A stretch of 64,000 nt of DNA from the human T2T-CHM13v2.0 reference genome, Homo sapiens: the NCBI RefSeq assembly GCF_009914755.1, contig NC_060926.1, one strand, 5' to 3'. Position 1 is the stretch's first letter, and every line of letters starts with the position of its first letter. Of the stretch, positions 1-13,207 are shown one piece after another. The translations under genes were made by a program, and so were the position numbers. The notes beneath the pieces are model-generated. The model was not told the DNA's origin and ran no database searches. It saw nothing but the letters and a program-made list of their open reading frames with translations.

Positions 1-168
1 GAAATTAGCTGAGTGTGGTGGCGCATGCTTCTGCAGTGGCAGCTACTCAGGAGGCTGAGGCACGAGGATCGCTTGAACCCAGGAGGCAGAGGCTGCAGCG
101 AGCCAAGATAGCACCACTGCACTCCAGCCTGGACAACAGAGTGAGACTCCATCAAAAAAAAAAAAAAA
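1..168 (+). mobile_element. Alu right arm with poly(A) tail (cut by window start)
   Basis: GCTACTCAGGAGGCTGAGGCA...CACTCCAGCCTGGACAACAGAGTGAGACTCCATC followed by A-tail. Confidence 0.95.
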
Positions 169-243
169 GGAAGGAAGGAATGAAAGGGAAGGAAGGAAAG
201 GGAGGGAGGGAGGGAGGGAGGGATGGAGGGAAGGAAGGAAGGA

Positions 244-275
<32 letters not shown>

Positions 276-303
276 AGGAAGGAAGGAAGGGAAGGAAGAA
301 AGG
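169..303. repeat. Compound purine-rich microsatellite (GGAA/GGGA/GGCA)n
   Basis: Direct tetranucleotide repeats following the Alu tail. Confidence 0.95.
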
Positions 304-939
304 GTTTCCTAGAATGCACCAGGCCAAGACTAAGACCCAGACCCCTCCCCAGCTATCCCAATCTCCCTGTAGTTGCTGGGGATCCAGAGCCTGTCCTGCT
401 CTCCCCCAGCCCAGGGTGCCCTTCCTGCCTTCTCAGTGGCCGGGGTGCCCCTTTCCCTGTCTTTTTCCTGGCGTGCCCTCTGGCAAGGGAGTGGGTCCTG
501 AGCTGTGTGCAGGGTGCATGCGTGACACAGAGTGGGGTGGAACAGAATCCCAGGAAGGCTGAGCCCAGGCCCTGCCCTTCATCCCCTGGCCCTTTCCCAG
601 AGGAGGCACAACAAACTCAAAGAGAACGTATGGGCTCCAGACCAAAGGTCCTTGGTTCATTGCATGCAGCTCCCACGGCTGCAGCGGCTTTTATGAGAAA
701 GCAGCAAATCATAAGAAAACTATCTCCTTGGGAGGACTTAATTGGGACAGAAACTGCAGATGGATGCCAGATGTGCAACGGCATCCAAACCCGAGTCCCA
801 AATCCCCACAAAGATCCTCAGTCGACTCTCCCGATCCTTTGACCAGGTAATAAGAGTCCTAATAGCAGTAGCAATGGCTCCATTTCTAAAGCACACACGG
901 TATGCTATGCACTGCTTTTATTTCTAGTTCCTTTCATTA

Positions 940-1040
940 CCTAGAGAGGCATTGCTCTGCACATTTTACAGATAAGGAAACTGAGGTTACTGAGGTTAGG
1001 TAACTCAACCAAGGTCACATATTTAGAAAGTGGTGGAACT
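940..1040 (-). mobile_element. MIR fragment
   Basis: ATTTTACAGATAAGGAAACTGAGG...AAGGTCACA is the reverse complement of the MIR core. Confidence 0.8.
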
Positions 1041-2069
1041 TTTCAAAATACTAAGTTGGGGAAATGCTCATCATTTGTAGAAAAATTTTCAATAAGGCAT
1101 AAGAACACAGGTTTCCAGTTAACCCTCAGTTACCCAGAAAAGTAAATTCCCCAGAACGTCCTGCACATCGTGTATGCCTGTGTATGTGCATGCACTTGAA
1201 TATTCTGATTAGCAGAGCTCGTGATAAACAGGCCAGACTACAGGGGAAAAAAATGTGCAGAAACCAGCAACCATATTCTCCGAATTCATCGCATGCTTGG
1301 AGATCCCCAGGTAAAAAGTTAGCAAAACATACCTTGTTCAAAACAACTGGCCAAGGACGGGATGTGAAGCAGCCACTGCTGCTAGGGGCACAGCATCCAT
1401 TGGAGTTCCCTCCCCACCCCTAACTGCCCGAGGGCAGCAGATCCAGGGTTGCCCGGCCACCTCCCTCTCCTGACTGCAGTGTGGGAAGAAACGCAGGACG
1501 CTGGCAGGCACCAGACCGTGCCCCGCCCCTGATCCACAGTGTGGCTTTGAGCACACCACTTTCCCTCTCTGGGCCTTGGTTTTCCCATCTGTAAAATCAG
1601 GGCACAGTGAACTGTAAAGGGCTCGGAGGGAAATTTCATGGACTGGTTGATGATCCCAGGCTGCCGCCCTTTAGGAGAGGTCCTCCCTCCAGAGGGCTCT
1701 TGGACCTTGGGGATCCCAGGTGGGAGCCTTCATGGGAAGCGGAAGTGAGCCCTGAGACCTCTGCAGGCTTCTCTCCTACCTCTGAAAGACTGAGCAGGCA
1801 GCCTGGTGTCTCAGACACTCCTCATTTCCCTACTTCCCTTCAACAGGGTTAGAGTTCCTACGAAAGCTTTGCTGCCATGCAAGAAGGCAGAATGCTCTCC
1901 CACATGGAGACGCACCCAGACAGTCCACGGGACACATGTGTGCATAAGCCCGAGTGTGCTCAAGCCCCTCCATACCACTGGCATGGCACTATGGCACTCT
2001 AAGCAGGAGCTCAGAGGACTTCTGGGCCAGACCTAGGGCAGCCCTTGCCACTCCTGAGTGACAGACCTA

Positions 2070-2472
<403 letters not shown>

Positions 2473-3879
2473 ACAGAGAGATGCTCCCAGCTTTCTTCCA
2501 GGAGCGAGGTATTCCCTTCATCCCTTGGGATTAACAGTCAATGCCACCCCCTCTAAGCCACTTATTGTGATATTGACATACTTCAGTGTCAGTACTAGGG
2601 ACTGCTCCAAGTCCCAGCATGGCTGGGACCACCCTGGTGCCTTCCCCCTCTTCAGACTCCCCAGCAATGTGACAACTGAGTGGGGGGTGACACTAGGTCC
2701 TCTGGTAGGTCAGGAGCTGTAATGACCCAGTCCTGCCGGGCCACCCTGTAGCATCACGCTGTGGCAGGGAGGCAGGGATTGCAGGCACCTGAGTCCTCCT
2801 CACACGCTCAGCTGACCCCGCAGGTCCCTGACCTAGGCTGTGTTTGGTGCCTGTCCTTGCATATGGCGGGCAGCAGCCAGGCTTTGTGTGCAGCACTGTG
2901 TCACAGCCGTCTCGCTGTCTGCAGGACTGTTACCGGTGACAGCAGCTATGTGCCTGGCCCTTCTGGGAGCTCAGGAGGGTCCTGCTTACAGGGCGAATTT
3001 TGTGCTGAGACAGCTGAGAGGCCAGGTGTTCTGGGCGGCCCAGGAAAACCAGCCGTCAGCATCTCCTGCCCACACCTGTCCTGAGGTCAGAATGAACTTG
3101 AGTCCAGCAGGCTCCCAGAGCCAGAGAGCTTCTGCACCTGCAAAGCCCGGCTCCCTGCTTCAGACTGAAGGTGGGGACCTGAAGAGAATGCATACAGGCA
3201 CCTCAGACTGGACACAGGGGTTGCGGGGGGAGCGGAGGGGAGCCCCTGGGCCCACCCCACCCACTCCACCCTGGCAATTCAGCTTGAAACAAATGATTAG
3301 CCTCTCTGTATAGATCCATGTTTCTCTCCTGGGCATGTCGGTTCGGTAAAACCCCGTTCATTTGGGCCTCACTGTGACCTCTAGGACGCTGGCCAAAGGG
3401 CAAGCGCCGCCAGGCCAAGGGGCCTGGGAGTGAAATCGTGGGTGAGGATAGGTGACAGGGGTGTTGAATCGGCCCGAGCGGTTCTTTCTTTTCGAGTTAA
3501 TTTCGCATTGGTCTCTAGGATGCAAGCTTGTCCAACGCGTGGCCCAAGGGCGGCATGTGACTGAGGAAGGTTTTGAATGCGGCCCAAATTCATAAAGCTT
3601 TCTTAGAACACTGAGGTATTTTCGCGATTTTTTCTTTTAGCTCACCGGCTGTCGGTAGTGTTAGTGTATTTTACGTATGGTCCAAGACAATTCTTCAACT
3701 TCAAAAGACGGAACGCCCCTGCAATGGGACGCCAGACACCTCTAAGAGTGGGTGTAGGCCTCCAAAAGTGTCCACATGATACTTCCAGAAAAACTTCACA
3801 TGCGGAGGTGTGCAGGAATGTGCGTGCTGCTAGAAAAGAGGCCTAAGGGGTCTGCCCAACGTCCTGAGAACCCGAGAGA

Positions 3880-4530
3880 GCAGGGCCCGCTGGGACAGGC
3901 AGGGGAAGGCCTCGGGAGGGACACGACGGTCCGGCAGCAGAGCCTGCGGGCTGGAGGAGGCGCCCTCCTCTCAGCTGCTCTTCCTGCCCCTTTCGGTGGC
4001 GAAGATGGATGGGGCCCGGGGCTTTCGGCGGGGCCCGAGGGGCCGGCGAGGCTGCGGCCCTGGAGCCCCCTGCCTGGCAGCCATTTGGGCCCCAGGGAAA
4101 TATCGGCGCTTTGGCTAACCGAATTATTCTTTCGGTTTGAGCCAGCTCCCCTTTTTGAGTCAGATCCGGCGGCAGGGCCAGAAAAGCGCTTTCTGAAACC
4201 CCAGCGCGGTCCTCGGTGGGGGTGGAATGGGGTGGGGTGGGGGGCGCGGCCGCGCCGCTGGGCGCCCTCCCCGCCCTCCCCCCTCCCCACCCCCAGTCCT
4301 CCCTCCGCTGCCCGCCCCCCAAGCCCGGTGTCGCCCCCTCCGCCCCCTGCCGCATCCCCGGAGCCAGTGCCCACAGGGGCCAGGCAGCCCGCAGGGGTCG
4401 CTCACGGCTGGTGTAGGGGCTTGGTCCACCACGCTAGTACTTCGGGCACCAAAATAGAAAAAGAATAACGCTTGGAAAGAATCTGATGTTTCCGAAGGAG
4501 CATCGAAAATCGCCGTTACGGGAAAAGTAA
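3880..4530. promoter_or_regulatory. Orphan CpG island / candidate enhancer or promoter ~9 kb upstream of ARID5A
   Basis: High GC, dense CpG, GC-box-like tracts, no repeat similarity and no convincing coding exon. Confidence 0.7.
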
Positions 4531-7500
4531 AACTCTTGAGGGACTTCCTTACACTAATTTAACTGTCCCGGGTTGTTTTTATTTCTAATTGTGCTGGGGG
4601 GATGGGCATCATGATCTGTTTTCAGGGCTTAATGCCCCCTCCACGGTCCCTGGGGGACCTCTGGCCTTGGTGCCTCTCCAGGACATCCTGATGTCTCCGA
4701 GGTCCCATTTCAACTCCCTGGGGTCCCGGGCTGCCCAGCTGTTATTTTGCAGAATTTCTCTCCCACAGTGTCACCAGTAGTTCTGCTTATCGCTCCTGCC
4801 ACTGAGTCACAAGGGGAGGAGGGGATTTCTGAGCTGTTTCAACACTTACCCAGAATATTAGGGGTTTCATGCAGCCCTTGTTTATTTAAAAAAAAAAAGA
4901 AAAGAAAGAAAGAAAAGAAAGCCCCAAAGCCAACAAAATATGACACACACGTACAGAAGGAGGGAAGGCAAGGGGGTGGGGGCCTTGCAGAACCAAATGG
5001 CCTATCTGCTGAGCTGGGGCTGGAGCTGGAAGTCAGGTTTCCTGTCCCCACTCCCCCAGCCTGGGCCCACCCCGTGCCTTCTGTTTCACCCAGGGCTGTG
5101 GAAACCAGCTAATGTTTATGGAGCACTTCCTCCCGCCAGCGGGCACAGTTCTAAGCCCTTTATAAGAAATAGCTCATCCAATGCCCGTAACTGCACCCGG
5201 AGGCGTGAGGGCTGTTATTGTGCCTGCCAGCCGGTTTCATAGATAGGAGACAGCACGGAGAGTTCAACTGCACTGGGGTACTTGGGTTTCCTGTGGAGAA
5301 AAATTTGCCCATCGCTTTGGCACAGAATCTGTGCCAAGACAGATTCTCAGCCAAGGCAGGCCTCAGAGTCCCCAGAGTCCAGCTACAGGATGCCCAGAAC
5401 CTCCCTCCAGCTGAGACAAGCTGGCCAGGGGCTTGGGACCTCTGAGCTCCTTGGGGAGCTGAGGGGGCGCTGTCCTGGAGTCCAAGACCTGGGCTGTGTT
5501 CACTACCCCTGGCCAGGATTCAGCAGCAACACAGATAACCAGGAAAGGGGCTGTGGCCTGAGCAGCCAGCCTGCAGCCATAGGGAGGGTGTGACTCCAGC
5601 GAAACTCCAGCAAGAAGGGCCGCATGTGAGGTCAAGTCCCCAGCATCTAGAATGTGCTGCCCTTGACAACTAGGAAGCGCTAACCCCTGGGGAAGAAAGG
5701 GCAGATGTTGCCTGGTGATGGAGGGAGATGTGGGATAGGGGTGGAGGTGGGTGCATGGCCTCTTCCTCCTCCCTCTCCTCCGTGCCCTTCATTCTCCTTC
5801 TGTGGATCTTCATTGAGCACCTACTGTGCACCTGCCCTCAGTGGCCTCTCACTTCCTCCTCTTCCTTCCCAATTCCTTTACCAACTGTGAGATCTTTTGA
5901 AGCGACTGTGAGACCTTGGATAAGTCCCTTCCCACTTAGACCCTCAGTTTCCTCTTCTGGAGGAGCAGTGGCCGGGGTTCTGCGGCCCTTTCAGCAGCGT
6001 AGTGTGGGCAGATAGTAAAGACCACTCCTAGCTGGAGACGAGAGGCTCGGGAGCTGCTGGCCAGTCACACAATGGCATGGGGCTGACCACAGGAGCACGA
6101 TGTGGCACATGCCCTGCTGGAGGTGTGTGTTGAGACCCCTGGGTATCTGCCTCAGGTGGGCCCTTGAAGGATGAGCAGAAGCTCACTAGGTAAATACAGT
6201 GGGAACTGCCAAGCCCGGGAAGGTTCCTCCAGGCCAGAGGGTATAGCCCATGCACACACACAGCTCCAGAAACAGCACCAGGCACTGGGGCAAAGCCCTC
6301 CCAGTGTGGCTATATTGCCGTATGTGCCAGAGAGGGGGGATGCCAACCTACCTCCATGTCCAGAGCTGTCTTTACCCAGGCCCAAGGCCCAGCCCTCTGC
6401 CTTCAGCCTCCACGCAGCCCTCTGTCTTCAGCCGTGGCCACTACCACTCAGGAAGGTCTGGAAGAGCCTGCTGAGGCCAAGGCAGAGAGAGCGAAGGCAG
6501 TTTTAACAGAGCAGAATCCCTCAGGCAGGCCCCATGGCTGAAGACACCATGGCATAGGTGGGCAGCTGGGGTGAGGGAGGGGGGCTGGACAACCCTGTGT
6601 CCTCTTCTAGGAGTCCAGGGCAGGCCAGGGTGCCCCAGATGTGGGGAAGAAAAAGCTTCAGGGGCTTCTTGTAGGCTCTCTGGTGAGTTAGTGTATACAT
6701 ATGTTTGTGTGATCCTATGTGTGAGCTGTGGGCTCCTGGCAGGCAAGACCCATGCATAGATGCACAGGCGTGTGTACACAGCTTTGCACACTCACATCTG
6801 GGCGTGCAGCAGCAGAAAGGATGCACAGCAGGTGCGGGGAGAATGAGAGAGCTCTTGGGGTGTAGACAGAACCACGTATACCTGGGTTCACCTTGGGTTC
6901 TCCCTGCCAGGTACTGTTTCCAACAAAGGTAGTTGGGATGTCAGGCAGGGAGGGTAGCCCTGCCTGTGGCAGGTGCCTGGTGGATGATACCACGATGATG
7001 AAAGCAGGGGCCTGGGCTTCAGGTCGGGGCTGCAGTGTGGGGGAGCCACAGCAAGAGTATGAAACCTCTGGGGGATCTGGGTTCTTGGAGCCAGCTGACC
7101 CCAGGCCATTGCAAGGCTGAAAGCTTTAGTTTTCATATTCGCAAAGTCCCATGAGTTCATCTGGGGAGGAGGAATTAGAGCAGTCCCTCCCCCAAAAGCC
7201 TGGGCTTCCAGTATTGAAGGGGTTAGTGGGGCCTACTCAGATTGGAGATGAGTCACTGACTTCCCCCATAATTCCTCCCTTCATGCCCGCATCCTGGCCA
7301 GAGCCTAGGACCCCACCAGGAACCTCGGGAGGGCTTTGCAGCTGCTACCCAAAGACCTGGAAAGCCCGATCGGGAGTGGGGTCTCAGGGCCCAGCCCCAG
7401 GTCATCAGGGCAAGGCCTGAAGAGTGCAGAATCCACCCTGCAGAAGTTCTGATGCCACCGGCGAAGGAGGCTGTTCTCAGGTAGCTGCCACAATAGAATG

Positions 7501-7984
7501 ACCAGTTGTTGAAGGCTTATGTTATTTCTCACCCTCACAGTAATCTTGCAAGCTAGGTATTGCTAACGCCATTTCACACGGGAAAACTAAGGGTTGGAGA
7601 CAGTGAATAACCCATCCCAGGTCATACTACCTGCAAGGGAGGGTACCCGGATTGCAAACCAGTCCACCTGACTCCAGAGCCGGGGAGGTTTCTGTTCTCT
7701 GGACTGGCTGAGAAGCTCCCAGGGAGGCATGGACCTCTCCTAGCCTGTCGCTGCAGGAGTCAGCATGTGGTGAGAGCCTGCCTCAAGTGTTTGGGGCCCG
7801 CCACCATAAACCTGAGTGATTCCACACGGCCTAGGAATGGCTGGGAGGCCATTAGGAAGTCTCCGGGCCTCTTTAGGGCTACAGAGGGTGAGATGACGTC
7901 TGTGTCCTGCTCACAGCTGAGACCCAATTCACATTGTGGGTCCTGGCTCAGAGGGTAGGCATTATAATGAGCCTGAGGGCATCT

Positions 7985-8140
7985 TTTTTTTTTTTAAGTT
8001 GGGGTCTCGCTCTGTCGCCCAGGCTACAGTGCCCTGGTGCGATCATAGCTCACTGTAGCCTTGAACTCCTGGCTCAAGAGATCCCCCTCCCACCTCAGCT
8101 CCGGAGTCACTGGGACCACAGACTTGCACCACTGCCTCCC
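7985..8140 (-). mobile_element. Alu monomer (FLAM/FRAM-like)
   Basis: Poly-T followed by GGGTCTCGCTCTGTCGCCCAGGCT... Confidence 0.85.
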
Positions 8141-11100
8141 ACAAGGGTCAGCTTCATGATCAGCAGCTCTCCCCAGGTCACCATAATCCTGCCCCCAGGA
8201 TGCGGAAAGTGGCGCTGGCAGTCACCACCGCCTCCATAAGTCTGGCAGATTCCCAGCCCTGCGTTCTCCAAATACAGGGCAACTAAAGGGAAAAGGGGGA
8301 AATAGGAATTAAGGCATCACCCCTCACCACTTTCCAGTTAGTCTAGGGGGAAATCGGCACCTCTCCAGAGGTTTGGGGACCCCTCTTTCCATTCCCTGTG
8401 TCCCCAGGCCGATCCCCAGCCCTTTACTCCAACGGTAGACCTGAAGCTGTCGAGATATCAACTCAACATCTTAGGAGGGAGGGGAGACACTGAAGAAAAA
8501 AAAAACAAAACAGCTGCCCCCAGGAGGGACAACGATTCTCCCAAGAGCAGGCAGTCCCGAACTTCTCCCAGCACCCTGAACAATGAGGTAAACGGAGGTG
8601 TGGCGGGCCGCTCCCCCTACCCCTGCTAGCTGGATGCCAGCCCCCACCGCAAGCCCAGGGCTCAGCTGGCAGGGCCCCGCATGCAGCCCCCGCCGGGGGC
8701 AGGGCTGAGTGGCAGAGCGCAACAGCCGTGCCCCCTTCCTGGCCGTGCTCCTGCCTGGGCCTCTGGAGCCTGCCTCTCCCCCTCTGATGTAAGCTGATAT
8801 TTTAATTCTCTTACAAGGAATGGTGTTTAGAGAAATGACTTAACCAGATTACTCATCGTCTCTAATGACTTGGCCCGACTCCAGCGCTATTCCTAGACGT
8901 GACGCTTGAGGCTTCGATTCTTTCTCTCTTTCCTTTTGCTCCTTTTTTTTTTTTTTTAAATACCAAGAAATTACAGCCCTGCCTACGCGGAGGCCCAGCC
9001 CCTACACGCCCCCTTTGCATGGTATCCTGGGAGATGGAGTTCTGTCCTGGCCCCAGTCATGCCCCCATCCCCAGCCCAACTCCTCGCCCCTCTCCCGCCT
9101 CATCTTGGTGGGAGATGGGCAGGGTGTGGCTGGGCAGAGGTCATTTAATCTCTACATGCCTTGGTTTACTCTTCTGTCAAATGGAAGGGTCACCTGACAT
9201 ACAACAGAGAGTGGAAGTGTCAGTTGAGACCTTATTTTAAGTAAAAGTGTCACAGAGACCCAATGGTTTTAAGAGATTTCTTGTCCAGTGCATTTTGTGC
9301 TAAGCACCAGTCAAGACTCACACAGAGCTTTAGTTACCCTGACCCTGGGACTTACCAGGGCCTGGCCCTCACCCAGCCCAAACTTACTCCTTCCTGTCTG
9401 TGGACGAGTCTGTGGGCTTGTCCAGCACTTACTCTCTGGTTCTCAATTGTAATAAGGGGATAGATATAGATACAGCGCCCACTTCAGAGGGCTAGAGTGA
9501 CATTGAAAGAAATACTCCATGCAAGATGGTGCAGTGTGTGTTAGGGTCCGCCCTGGTCCAAGGCATTTTCACCCCTTTCAGCACAAGGCCTTGGCTGAGT
9601 AGCTGGAGCGGGGACTGATTCTTAGTAGCCTGTGAGGTTGGCAAGGGCCACATCTTCTGCTCCACAAGGATACGGACTTCTTTCTGGTTGTGGCTACATC
9701 CCAGGTCTAGCTCAGTGCTGGCACATAGTAGGACCACACAACACATGTTGGATGAGTGGATGACTGAATAAGTGGAGCATTATCCTGCTTTCCACGGGAG
9801 GGGCCTGAGGCCCTGACAGGTTAAGTGTCCAAGGCCACACAGCTGGGCTGTGTCTGAGTGGGAATGAAACCCCCAATTTTCTCTCCTTGCCCTCCGTTCC
9901 CCTCCCCCAGGGGAATTCAGCTTCCACCCTTCAGGCTCAGGAAGTTCAGAACCATGGGTTTCTACCCTGCTGGGACACACTGGGGAGATGTGGGGTGGAG
10001 AGGGGAAACCAGCCCAGCCCTGGCCCAACACAGGAAATCTTTCCAGATTGGCTGGAGGTTGGAGGGAACCTAGAGCCAGGTGCAGATGCAGCTTCCAGTG
10101 TGGACAAAGCTTGGGAAGCTGGTTTACACGCGCCCTGGGGTACAGTGGCCAAAGCTCTTTCAGGCAGGAAGTTGGCCCTTGGTGATCTGGGACTCACAAC
10201 CACCTCCCCACTCCTTCACCCCCAGCAGTTCCCCAAAGGCCAAAAGCTATTCTTGTCTTTTTCTAAAAGAGGCATTTGAACCATGAGCCAATTTTTTCCA
10301 TTCCTGAGCTTGGGTATCATCTATTTCGGGCATTTGTTGTTTTCCATGAGTTGCAAATGCTGCTGTGAAGCTGGCCTTTCCTGGACAGCTAGCACGGGGA
10401 ACGAGGAGTTAGGCAAGCAGGGCGGGGCCGCGTTAAAAATACTTCCCCACTTCATTTCTCCTTTGAAAACAAACCCCCAGGGGCCTTTGGCAACTGCTGA
10501 GCCTGGGAACTGAGCTTCCCAGGATAGAAGACTGGCTGTGCATTCTGTTTCCTGAGGGCACTGGATGGGTTTGCAGGTCCCAGAAGAAACAAAAGCACTG
10601 ATTTTGCTGTGTGACTTTGGACAGTTTGCTTAACCTCTCTGGCCTGGTGACCTCCTTTCTAAAATGAGACCAGGTGGACAGATGATCTTGAATGGTCCCT
10701 ATATCTCTGAGAGCTCCAGGATGAGAACCACCCCCAGGGCCAGATTTTCTTCCTAGAAATGGGCTAACAAGAGGTGCTAGGACATGGAGGTGGGAGTTAG
10801 AAAGCAGCTTTTAGCTCAGTCTCTGGGAACACTTTGTGAGCTCCTTAGCCCTGGAACTGTTCTAAGGGGGTCTATAATGTTCTCAGCAGGATTCATGTAA
10901 TTGCAAAAAGATTAAACGCTATCAAGAGGAGATTAAATACACTGTGCTGGGCACACAGCCCAGCAGTTCCCAAAGAAGCAGATCTGTGTTCCAACAAGGA
11001 AAGTCTGTAAGATCTAGCGGTGATCGAAAAAGCAAGTTTCAGAATGGAGCAATGAGAATTGTATCGTTTCTTTAAACACACACATAAAACAAAGCTATCT

Positions 11101-12751
11101 ATTTTTCTATACCATGGATACATATATAGTTTTGAAAATACACATAGGGAAAGTTCTGGAAGACTTCACCCAATCTGATGGGTCTTTACCTCTGGGGCAG
11201 GGAGGGAACTGGATTTGGTGTAGCATCAGAGAGGGCTGATTTACTTGCATGTTTTTACAGGACGAATGTGTTTATTTATAAGTGATGGTTTGTTTTTCTT
11301 ATTATTAAGACACACAGAGAGACACCAGGACACTGAGGGGCTAGCTGACCCCCTCTGTAGGCACAGAGGCGTCCTGGCCTGGGATCCTGTGGTTGGAGGG
11401 TGCAGAGGAGGGTGGCTTTGGGCCGGAGTGGAGGTGTGTGAGATGGAGGCTTGAGCAATGGAAGTGTTTATGCTTTTAGCCAGATGAATGGAGATGTCTG
11501 TTTTCTGCAGGATTTACTGGCCATTGTAAATTACTTTCTATTGCAAACAGTTGCCTCAGGAAGCAATTAAATTTAGATCCTATCGTTCCCAGGCTGGCAC
11601 AGGCAGGTGTTGACTTGCTGAGGCTTTGCACAACAGCCCTTGTCTGTCAGAATGTGCCCAGCTGCCCGGATGGCAGAATAACCCTAACTCTTGGTGGGAT
11701 GAGCTGCTGTCTTATAAGATAGTGAGTTCCTTGTCATTAGGGGTATCCAACCCACAAGTGAGGGGTTGGCCTAGATTGTGACCCCGGGGGCTGCATCCAG
11801 AGCTCCATCCCCAACCTTGGGCATAGTGCCTGCCAATCAATGCTTCCAGAATGTACAAAGGTGCTTCCTGATGGCATCCCATCATAGTGTCTTCCACCAC
11901 AGCCTTAGCTTTCCTGGAGGGGAAAGTGGCTTGTAAACTTGCCAAAGTGGGATGCATTGTTATAATTACCATTATGATTGTTCTGGGTGTCTATTACCAA
12001 TTCTACAGGTGCTGGCTCTTACAAGCCAACCCATTATGAGGTAGACAGGGGATTTATCCTGCAGAGCCCACAGGGTCGTCTGCTCTAGACTGAGCCTGCA
12101 GACATCTTCCATCCCAGGGCCAAAGGGTAAGGGCCAGGGTTTCAGGTTCACCAAACTGCAGCCCTGGTCCCTTCGTTTAGTGTGAGGAGGGGCACCAGTA
12201 TGATGAGTGGTTAGTAATGGGTGCAAAGCGGGTGGGGGGATGCCTGGGTATGAGGGCTCCTCTTCCTGGGTCTAGCTCTGGCTCCAACACCTACCAGCTG
12301 TGCTACTTGAGCTAATCTCTCAGACCTCAGTTTTACGCTATAAAATGAGGACAATGATGGTGTCAAGTGCATAGAGCTATTATGAGTATTAAAATTCATC
12401 AACAAAGATTTTTGTGTAGCTTCTATGTGCTAGGAACAGGGTTCCCATCCTAGCTAGCCACCTGCTGAGACTGAAACCCTGAGCCTCCATTTCTTCCTCT
12501 TTGGCCTGCACAGGTCCAGGTTGCTGCTATGGCTGGCTGGGCACCTCCTCCTGCCTCCATTCGCCCTAGGCCTCATTCCCACCTCCCACAGCCTGAACTC
12601 ATGCCCCTTCTTTGGACTACTCAGCTTGTAGCTGCCACACTCTGTCTGCATTATGTGTGTGGACATTGACTATTACTGGCAGGCCTGGCCACAGAGCCTA
12701 GGCCAAGGATTTACTAGTTTGGTCCTTGTCTAGCTCACACTAACCACCTCT

Positions 12752-12753
<2 letters not shown>

Positions 12754-12790
<37 letters not shown>

Positions 12791-12941
12791 AGGCAGGGTC
12801 TCCGTCTATTGCCCAGGATCCAGGATAGAGTGCAGTGGTGTGATCAAAACACACTGCAGCCTCGACCTTCTGGGCTCAAGTGATCCTCCCGCCTCCGCCT
12901 CCCAAAGCAGGGATTCCAGGCGTGAGCCGCCGCTCCCGGCC
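12754..12941 (-). mobile_element. Alu monomer with long poly-T
   Basis: ~35-nt T tract followed by GAGGCAGGGTCTC...GCGTGAGCCGCCGCTCCCGGCC. Confidence 0.85.
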
Positions 12942-13207
12942 TCACCTGGCCTTCTTTGTTGGGCTAGGTGGGGACTGGGAAATGCACAGGGCCACTTTCA
13001 AATCAAAGTCAGAAGCACTTTGCTCGCTCCACAGAGTCCTCAGTGCTCTGCTGAAAGCAAGGAGGCTTTTTCCAAGGCTCTAGTTTTGCCTCCAGGGAAA
13101 CTGAGGCACAAGGCAGCAATGATTACTGAGGGTCCTGCCTCCGCTCCTCTAGGTGAGGAGCCTATTCCAGGGGCTCCAGTCTGAAAGCCTAGAGGCGAGG
13201 GGCGCGC

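Noticed and set aside
15-842. 275-aa ORF
   Set aside because: Built from Alu plus a stop-free microsatellite; non-ATG start and no domain
3776-4468. Overlapping 170-230-aa ORFs on both strands
   Set aside because: Pro/Gly/Arg-rich products of a GC-rich island; no recognisable domain or splice structure
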